From Octopus vulgaris (taxonomy: Eukaryota): DNA of 64,000 bases. Both the position numbers and the translations under genes were made by a program. The DNA lies in the NCBI GenBank assembly GCA_951406725.2, contig OX597823.1, positions 19,034,001 to 19,098,000 on the forward strand, read 5' to 3'. Below, piece after piece: positions 13,218 through 26,007 of the stretch. Under the pieces are notes generated by a model that was not told the origin of the DNA, ran no database searches, and saw only the letters and a list, made by a program, of their open reading frames with translations. Positions within the stretch are counted from its first letter, which is position 1, and every line of letters begins with the position of its first letter.

Positions 13218-13505
13218 AGGCGTAGAAGTGGCTGTGTGGTAAGTAGCTTGCTTACGAACCACATGGTTCTGGGTTCAGTCCCACTGCATGGCACCTTGGG
13301 CAAGTGTCTTCTACTATAGCCTCAGGCCAACTAAAGCCTTGTGAGTGGATTTGGTAGATGGAAACTGAAAGAAGCCCATCGTATATGTGTATATACATAT
13401 ATATATATGTATATATATACATATATATATATGTGTGTGTGTGTATATGTATACATATATATATGTGTGTGTGTGTGTGTATATATACATATGTATAATG
13501 TATAC

Positions 13506-13558
<53 letters not shown>

Positions 13559-13765
13559 TGTGTCTGTGTTTGTCCCCCTAACATCGCTTGACAACTAATG
13601 CTGGTGTGTATACGTCCCTGTAACTTAGCGGTTCGGCAAAAGAGACTGATAGAATAAGTACTAGGCTTACAAAGAATAAGTCCTGGGGTCGATTTGCTTG
13701 ACTAAAAGGCAGTGCTCCAGCATGACCACAGTCAAATGACTGAAACAAGTAAAAGAGTAAAAGGG
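13218..13765 (+). mobile_element. Full-length SINE family A with internal (TA)/(TG) microsatellite
   Basis: AGGCGTAGAAGTGGCTGTGTGG head, GGGTTCAGTCCC B-box-like, CORE-like CACCTTGGGCAAGTG, tail GTAAAAGAGTAAAAG. Other pieces at 12240-12615, 13943-14138, 31780-31930 and 43045-43140. Confidence 0.9.
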
Positions 13766-14059
13766 TATTAAAGAATAGTTGTCAGAGTATTTTGAACATA
13801 AGAGAATAACATTTTTCTGGCATTTTAATTAAACGGTTTAAAGTTAATAAGACGAATATAAATTTTGTTGTTTTTTCAATGTTCTAGTAAATTAAAAATT
13901 AATATAAAAGAAAAGTAATGGTTAATTTTTTTTAAATGTTCTTCTGGGTTCAGTCCCACTGCGTGGCACCTTGGGCAAGTGTATATTCTACTATAGCCTT
14001 GGGCCGACCAAAGCCTTGTGAGTGGATTTGGTAGACAGAAACTGAAAGAGGCACATCGC

Positions 14060-14104
<45 letters not shown>

Positions 14105-14137
14105 TGTGTCTGTGTTTGTCCCCTCAACATCACTTGA

Positions 14138-14444
14138 CAAAACCGGGTATCTTATAGTCGTGATTCATATCGAGCCCTTCTGAGGATTAGCGCGCATCTA
14201 CGATGAGTCTACGATTTAAAAAAAAATTTACCATTATTTTTTTCCATTTTTAATGCATTTTTGGCATATATAAGGGAAGTAACTCTCTAAAAATTTATTA
14301 TTAAATCTCAGAACGTAAAAAGCTACAGTAACCCCCCCCTTTGTGGTTAGCTATATTGAGATGGCTATTATACTTTACATCTCTAAAAATGCTTATATAG
14401 TTATTTCCCTTACAAACCCGAGCAACACCGGGTGTTACTGCTAG
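14138..14444 (+). mobile_element. 5'-truncated non-autonomous Helitron
   Basis: Ends with hairpin CCCGAGCAACACCGGG then CTAG|T; homologous to 62813-63207. Confidence 0.85.
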
Positions 14445-14504
14445 TTAATTATAAAAATAATGAGGAAGTTAGTAAAATAACTTTGCCATTATTTAGCTGC
14501 TGTA

Positions 14505-15090
14505 AGGCAAAGAGCTGGCAGAATCGTTAGCACGCCGGGCAAAATGCTTAGCAGCCTTTCATCCATCCTTACGTTCTGAGTTCAAATTCTGCCGAGGTCG
14601 ACTTTGCCTTTTATCCTTTCGGAATCGATTAAATAAGTACCAGTTAGGCACTGGGGCCGATATAATCGACTTAATCCATTTGTCTGTCCTTGTTTGTCCC
14701 CTCTGTGTTTAGCCCTTTGTGGGTAGTAAAGAAATAGCTATTTGGTCTGTCTTTATGTTCTGAGTTCAAATTCTGCTGAGGTCGACTTTGCCTTTCATCC
14801 TTTCGGGATCGATTAAATAAGTACCAGTTAGGCACTGGGGCCGATATAATCAACTTAATCCATTTGTCTGTCCTTGTTTGTTTCCTCTGTGTTTAGCCCC
14901 TTGTGGGTAGTAAAGAAATAGGTATTTGGTCTGTCTTTACGTTCTGAGTTCAAATTCTGCCGAGGTCGACTTTGCCTTTCATCCTTTTGGGGTCGATAAA
15001 TTAAGTACCAGTGAAACACTGGGGTTGCTGTAATCAACTAGTCCCCTCCCCCAAAATTTCAGGCCTTGTGCCTTTAGTAGAAAGGATTAC
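14505..15090 (+). mobile_element. SINE family B with three 184-bp-period units
   Basis: GTTCTGAGTTCAAATTCTG at 14573, 14757 and 14941. Confidence 0.9.
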
Positions 15091-15381
15091 TTAGAAGCTG
15101 TTTAGAATGAGGAAAGATTTTGATTTGGATCACTTTGAAACAAAAATTTGTATCATAGACCAACAAGTAATTCCATGGGGACCACTATCAAAAGGTGTTA
15201 TTTAAGAGAGATTTAGCTGTTATTTCTAGCAGGTCAAGTGACCTGTCAAGGCCCCTTTGTTGTTTCATCAAAGGGCATAACCCAGCTTGGTGAACACAAT
15301 TTTCTGACAAATACCTTCTTTTTTATTTTTACTATTTTGTAACCATCATCATGAGGGTGGCAGGGAGGGAATAGTATACAA

Positions 15382-15743
15382 TGGAAGCACTCCGTCGGTT
15401 ACGACGACGGGGGTTCCGGTTGATCCTAATCAACAGAACAGCCTGCTCGTGAAATTAATGTGTACGTGGCTGAGCACTCCACAGACACGTGTACCCCTAA
15501 CGTAGTTCTCGGGGATATTCAGCGGCCCTTTGAAATACAGGTACAACAGAAACAGGAAGTAAGAGTGAGAGAAAGTTGTGGTGAAAGAGTACAGCAGGAA
15601 TCACACCACCACCCCCTGCCGGAGCCTCGTGGAGCTTTAGGTGTTTTCGCTCAATAAACACTCACAACGCCCGGTCTGGGAATCGAAACCGCGATCCTAT
15701 GACCGCGAGTCCGCTGCCCTAACCACTGGGCCATTGCGCCTCC
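15382..15743 (-). mobile_element. tRNA-derived SINE, head H1 + tail T1
   Basis: Reverse complement of 27407-27787 with a small internal deletion. Confidence 0.9.
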
Positions 15744-15907
15744 ACTTAGATTGAAATACTGGATTGTTGACCACAAAGCTGTAAGTTCAAAGAGAATGGC
15801 AAGGATGATGATGATGAAGATGATGATGGTGGTGGTGGTGGTGGTGCCGGACAACGACAACAATGAGGAGTCTCTAGTAGGGAAACACAAGCTCACTGTC
15901 CAGAATA

Positions 15908-16113
15908 TTCTTTTGTTCTTTTATTCGTTTCAGTCATCTGAGTGTGGCAATGCTGGAGCACCACCTTTCAGTCAAACAAATTGACCCCAGGACTTATTCT
16001 TTGTACGCCTAGTACATATTTTATCGGTCTCTTTTGCGGAACTGTTATGTTATGGGGAGGTAAACCGACATTGGTTGTCAAGCAATGGTAGAGGGGCAAA
16101 CACAGATACACAA

Positions 16114-16167
<54 letters not shown>

Positions 16168-16332
16168 ACATATATGATGGGCGTCTTTCAGTTTCCGTCT
16201 ACCAAATCCACTCACAAGGCTTTGGTCGGCCCAACTTTATAGTAGAAGACACATGCCCAAGGTGTCGCGTAATGGGACTGAATTCGGAACCATGTGGTTG
16301 GTAAGCAACCGACTTACCACACAGCCACTCCT

Positions 16333-16371
<39 letters not shown>

Positions 16372-16748
16372 CATATTTATATGATGGGCTTCTTTCAGGC
16401 TCCATCTACCAAATCCACTCACAAGGCTTTGGTTGGCCCGAGGCTGTAGTAGAAGACACTTGCCCAAGGTGCCATGCAGTGGGACTGAACCCGGAACCAT
16501 GTGGTCGGTAAGCAAGCTACTTACCACACAGCCAGTCTTGCACATACATACATACACACACACACATATATATACACTCAGAGATATATGATGGGCTTCT
16601 TTCAGTCTCCGTCTACCAAATCCACTCACAAAGCTTTGGTTGGCCTGAGGCTGTAGTAGAAGACATTTGCCCAAGGTGCCATGCAGTGGGACTGAACCCG
16701 GAACCATGTGGTCGGTAAGCAAGCTACTTACCACACAGCCAGTCTTGC

Positions 16749-16788
<40 letters not shown>

Positions 16789-16992
16789 AGACACACACAC
16801 ACACATATACACACATAGATATATGATGGGCTTCTTTCAGTCTCCGTCTACCAAATCCACTCAGAAGGCTTTGGTCAGCCCAAGGCTATAGTAGAGGATA
16901 CTCTACTGCATGGCCCCTTGACCATGCAGTGGGACTTGAACCCGGAACCATGTGGTCGGTAAGCAAGCTACTTAACACACAACCACTCCTGT
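15908..16992 (-). mobile_element. SINE A copy carrying four tandem 5' head modules
   Basis: Head repeated at about 16170-16335, 16380-16540, 16590-16750 and 16825-16992, separated by (CA)n. Confidence 0.9.
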
Positions 16993-17570
16993 TAAAAAAA
17001 AAAAATTTTTTTAAACTCTGCTGGATGTAAGGAATGGATTTAGGTTTACTGTAGTCTGTAGAAGTTGGAAGCAAAGATAAGAGAAATATAAAGAAATCAG
17101 ATTTTGATGGTTTTTAAGTGTAAGTGATAAATACATTTTTTATGAACAATGGCCTTTTTTTTTTTTTGTGAAGCTGAATGGCTTTTAAGTAAAGGTTACT
17201 GAAGAACAGCAGGCACTACTATGTCAGGTTGTTGCTTTTTGTTTTGTTTTTTCCTGTTTTTATTGCAGTTCTTTATCTTTGCTCTTTTATGTGTTGCTAA
17301 ATTTACAGTGTTGTTATTACACTGGTTTCTTAACATGAGGAACATAAATAACTATGGCAGCATGTAGGGATTGCATTATATCAGAGGATATTGGCTTTTA
17401 TTGTTATTGGTATTTGGCTGCAAAAACACTAAGGTTAGGATTATATGTTCAAGATTGTCCATTACCTAAAACTAAATAGGGTAATACAATACACTCAAGA
17501 TGTTGAGAAATGCATAATCACACATGCTAACTTGGACACACACACACACTTGTATGTGTATATGTATATA

Positions 17571-17934
17571 CTAGCAGTATCGCCCGGCGTTGCTCAGGTT
17601 TGTAAGGGAAATAACTATAAAGCATTTTTAGAGAGTTATAGCCAAAAAATGGAAAAAAATTATGGTAAATTTTTTTGAGAGTAAAAAAGGTGGAGTTGCG
17701 TCCCCTAGACGGTTTGTGTATCTGATTCTCGACCCCATGTCGAATTTATCGATTTTTTTCAGAACTGGGGGAACTTTTCAAAATTTTCGCTGTGTTAGTT
17801 TTGAATTATGACATTGGGCTATGTGTGTGTCAAGTTTCATCAGAATCGGTTGAAAGCTGTGGTCAGGGTGAGGGTACAAGCAAACAGACACACAGAAACA
17901 CGCACAGACAAACTGCTGTTTATATAGAGAGAGA
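17571..17934 (-). mobile_element. Non-autonomous Helitron, second subfamily
   Basis: Minus strand A|TC...CTAG|T. Same 3' ~80 bp as 62813-63207 but a different body. Confidence 0.85.
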
Positions 17935-17941
17935 TATATAT

Positions 17942-18795
17942 TTTTTACTCTTTTACACGTTTCAGTCATTTGACTGCGGCCATGCTGGAGCACTGCCTTT
18001 AGTCGAAGAAATCAATCCCAGGACTTATTCTTTGTAAGCCTAGTACTTATTCTATCAGTCTCTTTTGCCAAACCACTAAGTTTCAGGGACATAAACACTC
18101 CAATATAGGTTGTCAAACAATAGTGGAAGGACAAACACAGACACAAAGACACTACACACATAAATATATATACACACACATATATATAGATAAATATATA
18201 TATATAGTAGTTGTGATACCTGTGCTGGTGGCACATAAAAAGCACCATTCGAACGTGGCCGTTGCCAGCGCCGCCTCGACTGGCTTCTGTGCCGGTAGCA
18301 CATAAAAAACAACCATCCAAACGTGGCCGATGCCAGCGCCACCCCGACTGGCTTCTGTGCCGGTGGAACATAAAAAGCACCATCCGAATGTGGCCGTTGC
18401 CAGTGCCGCCTTGGCTGGCTTCCGTGCCGGTGGCACGTTAAAAGCTCCAACCGATCGTGGCCGATCCCGGACCCCCCTGGCACCTGTGCAGGTGGCACAT
18501 AAAAAGCAGCCACTACACTCGCGGAGTGGTTGGCGTTAGGAAGGGCATCCAGCAGTAGAAACTCTGCCAGATCAGACTGGAGCCTGGTGCAGCCCCTGGC
18601 TTCCCAGACCCTGGTGCAGCCCCTGGCTTCCCAGACCCTGGTCGAACCGTCCAACCCGTGCTAGCGCGGAAAACGGACATTAAACGATGATGATGATGAT
18701 GATAATGATGATATACATATATATATATATATATATTACACAAACGACAGTGTTCTTCCAGTTTCCGTCTACCAAATCCACTCACAAGGCTTTAG
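17942..18795. mobile_element. SINE A (minus strand) interrupted by an RTE 3' UTR fragment (plus strand, ~18210-18712)
   Basis: SINE halves at 17942-18150 and 18745-18795 flank five ~62-68-bp tandem units and a (GAT)n tail. Confidence 0.85.
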
Positions 18796-18887
18796 TAGAT
18801 TTTAGTAGAAAACACTTATGTATAGAAATATAGATATTTTTTGAGAGGACCTAGCATAGCTAAGATATGGGAATTTATGAAATTTTT

Positions 18888-19360
18888 AGGCAAAGTCAAC
18901 CTCAGTGGAATTTGGACTCAGTACGTAAAGGCAGACAAAATACCTATTTCTTTACTACCCACAAGGGGCTAAACACAGAGAGGACAAACAAGGACAGACA
19001 AATGGATTAAGTCGATTATATCGACCCCAGTGCATAACTGGCATTTAATTTATCGACCCTGAAAGGATGAAAGGCAGAGTCGACCTTGGTGGAATTTGAA
19101 CTCAGGATATAAAGACAGACGAATTACCTGTTTCTTTACTACCCACAAGGGGCTAAACACAGAGAGGACAAACAAGGACAGACAAACGGATTAAGTCGAT
19201 TATATTGACCCCAGTGCATAACTGGTACATATTTAATTGACCCCAAAAGGATGAAAGGCAAAGTCGACCTTGGCGGAATTTGAACTCAGAATGTAACAGC
19301 AGACAAAATACCACTAAGCATTTTGCCCTGTATGCTAACGTTTCTGCCAGCTTGCTACCA
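18888..19360 (-). mobile_element. SINE family B with tandem units
   Basis: Same units as 14505-15090 in reverse. Confidence 0.85.
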
Positions 19361-19461
19361 TAACACCAATATATATTGAGGCATTTCTCAGCTTTTCTGA
19401 GCAAGTTCTCACTTCCTATATCTTTCTAAAGAATGAAAACAGAATACTAGGAACCTGGGAT

Positions 19462-19835
19462 CATTACCAGCATCGCCTTACTGGCACCTGTGCCGTTGGC
19501 ATGCGTAAAAAATTCGAGCGAGGTCGTTGCCAGTACCGCCTGTCTGGCTCAAAAAAATTCGAGCAAGGCCGTTGCCAGTACTGCATGACTGGCCCATGTG
19601 TAAAAATTCGTGCGTGGTCGTTGCCAGTGTCGCCTGACTGGCCCCCGTGCAGGTGGTACGTAAAAGCATCCACTACACTCTCGGAGTGGTTGGTGTTAGG
19701 AAGGGCATCCAGCTGTAGAAACTCTGCCAGATCAAGACTGGAGCTTGGTGCCACCATCTGGTTCGTCAGCCCACAGTCAAACCGTCCAACCCATGCTAGC
19801 ATGGAAAAACGGACGTTAAACGACGATGATGATGT
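19462..19835 (+). mobile_element. RTE-LINE 3' UTR fragment
   Basis: Matches 33860-34056 and ends in (GAT)n. Further copies at 26080-26370 and 48220-48452. Confidence 0.8.
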
Positions 19836-20263
19836 CCATGACTATTCTTTTACAAGGGAATCACACAAATAAAATATGTGAAGAATCTTCCAGGTTATTT
19901 ACTAATATTTTTATTCATTTATTTATTTAGTTATTTATTCTTTGTATTCTCTTATCTTTATGGTTTATGCAGAACAGGATTGACAAAATTGATAACAGCA
20001 GAAACTAAAGCCATCAGACTACATACTTTCATAAAATGTTTGTAAAGCAATGCAAACACAGTGTAAATATATATATAAACATACATACATGTGTGTGTGT
20101 GTTTGCAAAATATGGGTAGTTTATCTTTTTCATGCTGTATTATTAGCATTATCTTGTGTTTGAGAATAAAAAATTACTTCCTTAATTTTCTAGACATCTC
20201 AACGCTTCTAGAGCACACTTTGTTTACTTTCATTGTAATTTGAATTTAACATATAATATATAT

Positions 20264-20321
<58 letters not shown>

Positions 20322-20902
20322 TAATAAATAAAATATATGCATACATACAAACATATCTGTACGTACCGACATCTACATGTATATATACATGCATATATAA
20401 ATATATATATACGTACAGGACACCACAAGAAGACGTAAAAATCAACAGAAACAAAAACGGAAAAGCCATTTTGTTACAACAGAAGGACAGAGACGTGGAA
20501 CAAGACGAAACGAAAACGGGAAAAACAATTATGTACAGCAGAAAAACGAAGTACAGGACATGCTGCACAAGGAAAAATCCCCTTCATCAGCTGTCGCTAG
20601 CAGACATAGCGTGTTTCAAAGGCAAGACAGGACATGTCTGGTCATGCTAGGCCTTCCTACGAGAGAATTAAAATAAAATAACCTCGTAGAGGGGTAAAAC
20701 GAGCAAGAAAAAAATGTAACACAAAAAGGGACGTAACAAAGAACTGCACAAAAAAATACAAAATTAAAGATACATGTACAAGAAAATACAAAACGAGAAT
20801 TAAATTACAATACGAGAAATCAAAATAAACAAGAGAACAAACAAAAAAGATGAACGAAGGCCTTTGTTCTGGCGTGGACGAGAAGGTAACTGGCGAGTGC
20901 TG

Positions 20903-20941
<39 letters not shown>

Positions 20942-20989
20942 GAGTGTGTGTGTGTTTGTGTTTGTATATGTATATATATATATATATAT

Positions 20990-22262
20990 GTGGAAAAAAA
21001 GTCAAGATAGAAAATACTAAAATAATTTCGTCAAAAATATTTCAGTACTGGTTTCAGTCATGGAGACTTTTTCAACTGTAAGTATGGAAAACAATTAAAT
21101 TTGGAAAAATTAAAGGAAAAGTTTTTTTAAAAGAATATTTGCATAGTGTTCAAATACAAGTGGCATTTTCCTTGTTTCTGCCTGTCTATGGCTCTCTTCT
21201 TTACTCTTGTGGGTTTACTCTTGTGAATTCTTGGTAGGCAAGTTGGAGGAGGAGGAGGAGGAGGAGGATGGAGTGCCCTGACAGTAGTATGTTGAATGGT
21301 CAGCTGCCCTGAAAATGACCCACTGTGGATGGTAGTAGTAACTGTTGAATTCATGAAACATCTCTTTTGAAAGTTTTGTTTATAAAATTTACTTAGGTGT
21401 TATTCTAAACAGCATGTTATGGATTATAGCAGTGATTGGGACTGTTTTTTAATGAATTCATGGGAATCTCTTGAGTGTATCATTTTTGATATTTGTGTGT
21501 GTATTTGTGTTATTCTAAGGCCATGGTAGATATGTCGTTTGTTGTAGATGCATTCAAAAGGGATCTGTATTTTGTAATAAAGAGAGTCTCTTTACTGATT
21601 CGTTGGCTCCAGGTTGCATTGTCCCTGAATTGGTAGAGGGGAAAAATTCTGAAGCTTGGATTTTTATTATTGGTGCAAATATCTATGTATTGGCTGAATG
21701 CTATTTTTCTGTTTTGGGGAATTTTAATCTGGGATCTGTGCAGAGCCATTCTTTTACATAGACTGTTTTTTGTTTGGCCTATGTATTGCTCTTGGCACCC
21801 AGAGCAGGTTAGTGCATATATCAGGTTCTCTGAAGCACATGTGAAGTTGCTTTTCACTGTGAAATGTTGTCCCTGTTTGAAAGAGAACTCTGATCCCTCA
21901 ATTGAATTGATGCATATCCCACAGTTGGGTCTTCCGCATTTTTTTACTGATGGCTTCTGTGTTATTGAGCATATTCGGGCTTGTGTTAGGAAACTTTTCA
22001 TAGATTTGGGCTGTCTCTTGCTTTTTATGATGGTATGTGTTTGGAGGATTAGGTTCATTCTGTGGTCCTTTTTTAGCAGGGGTATGTTTTGCAGGATGGT
22101 GGCGAAGGCTTCATTGTTGAGAGGGTTGTGTGTGGAGACGTATGGTAGGGCTTTTGGTTGTAAATCTTTCTTTAATTTGGGATGTCTGAGTTCCTGGATG
22201 TTGAGTTGAAGGGCACGTTGAAAGCATATGTCAATTAATGAAGGTGGGTAGTTCCTGGTGAT
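20990..22262 (-). mobile_element. 5'-truncated Penelope-like retroelement (Neptune-type): RT thumb, Cys linker, GIY-YIG endonuclease, 3' pLTR region
   Basis: Open frame 22262-21510: RNYPPSLID...LPYVSTHNP...KCGRPNCGIC...FTCASENLIYALTCSGCQEQYIGQT...R...H...KE...LN. A hammerhead motif lies downstream on the same strand. Confidence 0.9.
21043..21078 (-). ncRNA. Minimal hammerhead-like motif, U3-A8 variant, in the PLE 3' region
   Basis: cag UUGAAAA aguc uccau gacu GAAA ccag UA cug. Confidence 0.7.
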
Positions 22263-22318
22263 GATAGGTCAGTAGCCACTACACACATTTTTTTTCTCTC
22301 CTTGTTTCTTTCTGAGTT

Positions 22319-22356
22319 CCTTTCTGTGGAAGAGCGTAGGCGTGAAATGTAAAAGA
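22319..22356 (+). ncRNA. Degenerate minimal hammerhead-like motif (A6U family)
   Basis: ccuuu CUGUGGA a gagc guag gcgu GAAA ugU A aaaga; same family as 43283-43320. Confidence 0.5.
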
Positions 22357-22474
22357 CTTTTTCAATTCCTGAGCGTTATACTAATACATCTGTTTGTTTT
22401 CTACACCACCTGTCATTGTCTTTTTTTCATGAATTCTCCCCCTATATATATATGTATGTATGTATGTATGTATC

Positions 22475-23030
22475 TTAGATCACTTTCGAGTGCTACTGGT
22501 AACATGTAACCCAGTACAACCTGTTGCATGGTCGGGTCGTCGGCGACTAAACCGGCAACCCCACCAAGCTTGCTTGGTGAGGAGTGTGTTTATTGGACAC
22601 CCTGTGGGATGAAAAACAAAACCCATTGAAGGGCAGAGGAATTCTTGAGAGTCAACGGCCATCCAATAAATGTCTTAAGGCTGGATCATGCGCGGGGACA
22701 TATAAATAATCGGACTGAATATCCGATCGCGCAGTCAAACCATTGGGAGTGAAGGACTCCTAGTCTTGTTAGGGCATCCTTCTAGGAGAAGGTAACTCGG
22801 GTAACTGGGATAACTCCGACATAAAACCTATGGCTCAGTGGTTACCGATGATGTTGACTTGTTCTTCTTTTTGGATTATGGCTGCTGTTGCTTAGTGAGT
22901 GGGATTGACTCAGTGCACAGACTTTCTTCACTTTAAAAAAAAATCTTCTTGCACAGGCATTGCACGATAACAACATTGATTAAGCTTCGTGCAATGGCCA
23001 TACTCAATAACGAGGGGGCAGCCACCATAT
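22475..23030 (+). mobile_element. Non-autonomous RTE-derived element
   Basis: RTE 5'-UTR-like GGGCATCCTTCTAGGAGAAGGTAACTC; 3' end AAGCTTCGTGCAATGGCCATACTCAATAACGAGGGGGCAGCCA shared with 32600-32642. Confidence 0.6.
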
Positions 23031-23095
23031 ATGTATGTATGTATGTATAGGAAAGAGGATTTGAAAATGCAGAGGTCTTTTAAAGATGTTTATTG

Positions 23096-23136
23096 ACTTG
23101 ACGGGTTTCACTTTTTAAAAAAAGATTTTCAAAAGT
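23096..23136 (-). ncRNA. Minimal hammerhead-like motif, U3-A8 variant, GUC triplet
   Basis: acuu UUGAAAA ucuuuuuuuaaaaagu GAAA cccg UC aagu. Confidence 0.6.
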
Positions 23137-23371
23137 AAAATACAAGACTCGGTGTGGCCTTTGCTGTGTTAAAAAATGGTTATCATAGCTATATTACAAT
23201 ACAGTGATACAGCCTTTGACAATGATAACAAAATGTTAAGAAATAGAATCTTTGACAATGAGAAGAAAATGTTTAGAGGAGCTTTTTGTTTAAACAGTTC
23301 ACATAAAAGTATTCAAAATATTCATTATTATTTATAAGTTCATCAAAAATCATGATTGCATATAAGTATAT

Positions 23372-23850
23372 TACTCTTTTACTCTTTTACTTGTTTCAGT
23401 CATTTGACTGTGGCCATGCTGGAGCACCACCTTTAGTTGAGCAAATTGACCCCAGGTCTTATTCTTTGTAAGCCTAGTACTTATTCTATTGGTCTCTTTT
23501 GCCAAACCGCTAAGTTACGGGGATGTAAACACACTAGCATCGGTTGTCAAGCGATGTTGACATGAAAATTTGTAAGCTGCTGACATGCAATAAAATGCAC
23601 CAACCAAAGGCAGATGCAGATGGTCTTTACCTACCAAAGGTCAAAGAGATCCACACACACACACACACACACACATACACATACATACGCTTTTTTTCAG
23701 TTTCCGCCTACCAAATTCACTCACAAGGCCTTGGTTCAGCCTGAGGCTATTGTAGAAGACACTTGCCCAAGGTGTCATGCAGTGGGACTGAACCCAGAAC
23801 CATGTGGTTGGTAAGCAAGCTACTTACCACACGGCCACTCCTATGCCTAT
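23372..23850 (-). mobile_element. SINE A with an R4-like LINE fragment (23555-23650, plus strand) in its middle
   Basis: SINE halves by homology; the insert translates as DMKICKLLTCNKMHQPKADADGLYLP. Confidence 0.75.
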
Positions 23851-24253
23851 ATACATATATACAGAAAGAATTGGTAGACAGTATTTGGTAGGAGAAAGCG
23901 TGTATTGCTTAGTCAAAACTTCATCAGAAATCATATTTAAGTATTTATACAGAATTTATACAGAATTTCCTATTTATTTTCACTCATGCGGTCCCTTGCA
24001 ATTTTACTTTGTTTTATATATATATATATGTTTGCATATACATGCATACAGGCATACACACGAGTATGTTTGTGACTGTATTATATTTATGCACATATAT
24101 ATACACATATGCATTGACACACAAACATACACATGCATACATATATTTACATATTTGTTTTCTTTGTGATAATTTCATATTTTAAAGTTCTCTAGAGAAG
24201 TTTAAATGTTTGCTAGTTGCACAGCAAACAACCTTTCTTTATTTTTCACTCAT

Positions 24254-24319
<66 letters not shown>

Positions 24320-24514
24320 ACACACACATGTACATTCATCTGGGTGTTTCATGATAAAAGGACACATTTTATTTGTAATATCAGCAATATATTTGTAACT
24401 ACTATGCCTGTTTTAGTCCTTGTTACTTGTGTTAAAAATGTGTCTGAAAGCCATGAGAATGGTTTTGGTAGATGGAAACTGAAAGAAGCCTATCGTATAT
24501 CTATCTATTTATCT

Positions 24515-25194
24515 ACCAATGAGGGAAGTGCAGCAACTGTAGTTGCAAAGAAGGTGAAATCAATAGCAAAGCAAAATGCGTTTGAACAATTGGCTGATAT
24601 GTGGGAACAAAAATCTCTGCATGGCAAATATGTGGCCCATAACAAACAAGCTGAATAGACCAGAAGCATACCTATCAGTGGCTATGGAGCACAGGGCTAA
24701 AGGCAGAGAGTGAAGGCTTTATCTTGGCTGCCCAAGATCAGAGTTTATTGATCCGGGACTATCAAGCCAATGTGATGAAAAATGGTGTAGAGACCCAAAG
24801 TACCAATACCATAACGATGGGATAGAAACAGTGGAGCACCTAATCTCTGGATGTAAAGTTTTAGTACTTGTAGAGTACTAATCAAGACATGGCAGAGTTG
24901 GCCAATCTTTACATTGGATAATGTGTCAGCGTTGTAAAATCGTGGTCAATGAAGAGGGTAGACGTGATACCAATAGTAATTGGTACACTTGGAAGTATCA
25001 GCACGGCTGAAAAAGGTTCGGTGCAAGTGTGAAGGTAGAACATCTACAAAAATCAGCATTGCTTTGGAACTGCGAGAATTCTTCGCAGGGTTCTTGAAGC
25101 ATGACCAGTAAACAAATGTCACCTTAGTTTGCTGGCTGTGGACAGCTGACACGTTCCATTATACCCAGCAAAATAAGCTGTGAGTTTTTAATAC

Positions 25195-25285
<91 letters not shown>

Positions 25286-25345
25286 TAATATTAATAATAA
25301 TGATAATGATAATGATAATAATGATAATAATAATAATAATAATTA
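24515..25345 (+). mobile_element. R4/Dong-clade (restriction-like endonuclease) non-LTR retrotransposon, 3' remnant with (AAT)n tail
   Basis: W..KSLHGKY, WL..TGLKAESEGFILAAQDQ, ETVEHLISGC, SRHGRVGQSLHW, VIPIVIGTLG, LQKSAL.GTARILRRVL*. Confidence 0.85.
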
Positions 25346-25356
25346 TTATCATTATT

Positions 25357-25411
<55 letters not shown>

Positions 25412-25961
25412 CATCATCATCATCATTTCATACCTGAATAGAACAGACAACCATAACTCCTAAGACATATGATCACATCTGGTCTTTCCTCAATCATTTT
25501 CCTTATTTAGTTTCTTTTTTCTTTATTTGTCAATTTGTTTTGTCGTCGTCGTTGTTGTTGTTGTTATGGTATAACACCAAAAATAGTCATTTTATATGAA
25601 GATCATTTGTGGGTTGGCTTAGTGTTGGACAGGCTATTAAAAGTCACTCATGAGTGGTTACACTCAGGAAACAAAGATCTGAAGGAATTCCTTCATATGA
25701 TGTCATTTTGGCTTATAAACATGTGTTTTATAATAAAGCTTCATTCAACCACACCCTATTCGATACAGGACATGCAGCACATATATAGCCCACGCACAGC
25801 CCATACACATGCCATACACATTCGGCCATATAAAGAAAACAACTAATTTTCTTCCCACGCTCAAAATCCACATTTATTTATTTTTAATTTTTATTTTTAT
25901 AACTGGTTGCTCATAGCTCTCTGATAATCAATTATTTGTGTGTGTGTGTGTGTGTACAGGC

Positions 25962-26007
<46 letters not shown>

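Noticed and set aside
18227-18520. Regularly spaced ~65-bp repeats resembling a CRISPR array
   Set aside because: The spacers are homologous to each other, the array is part of an RTE 3' UTR found at several loci, there are no cas genes, and the context is eukaryotic.
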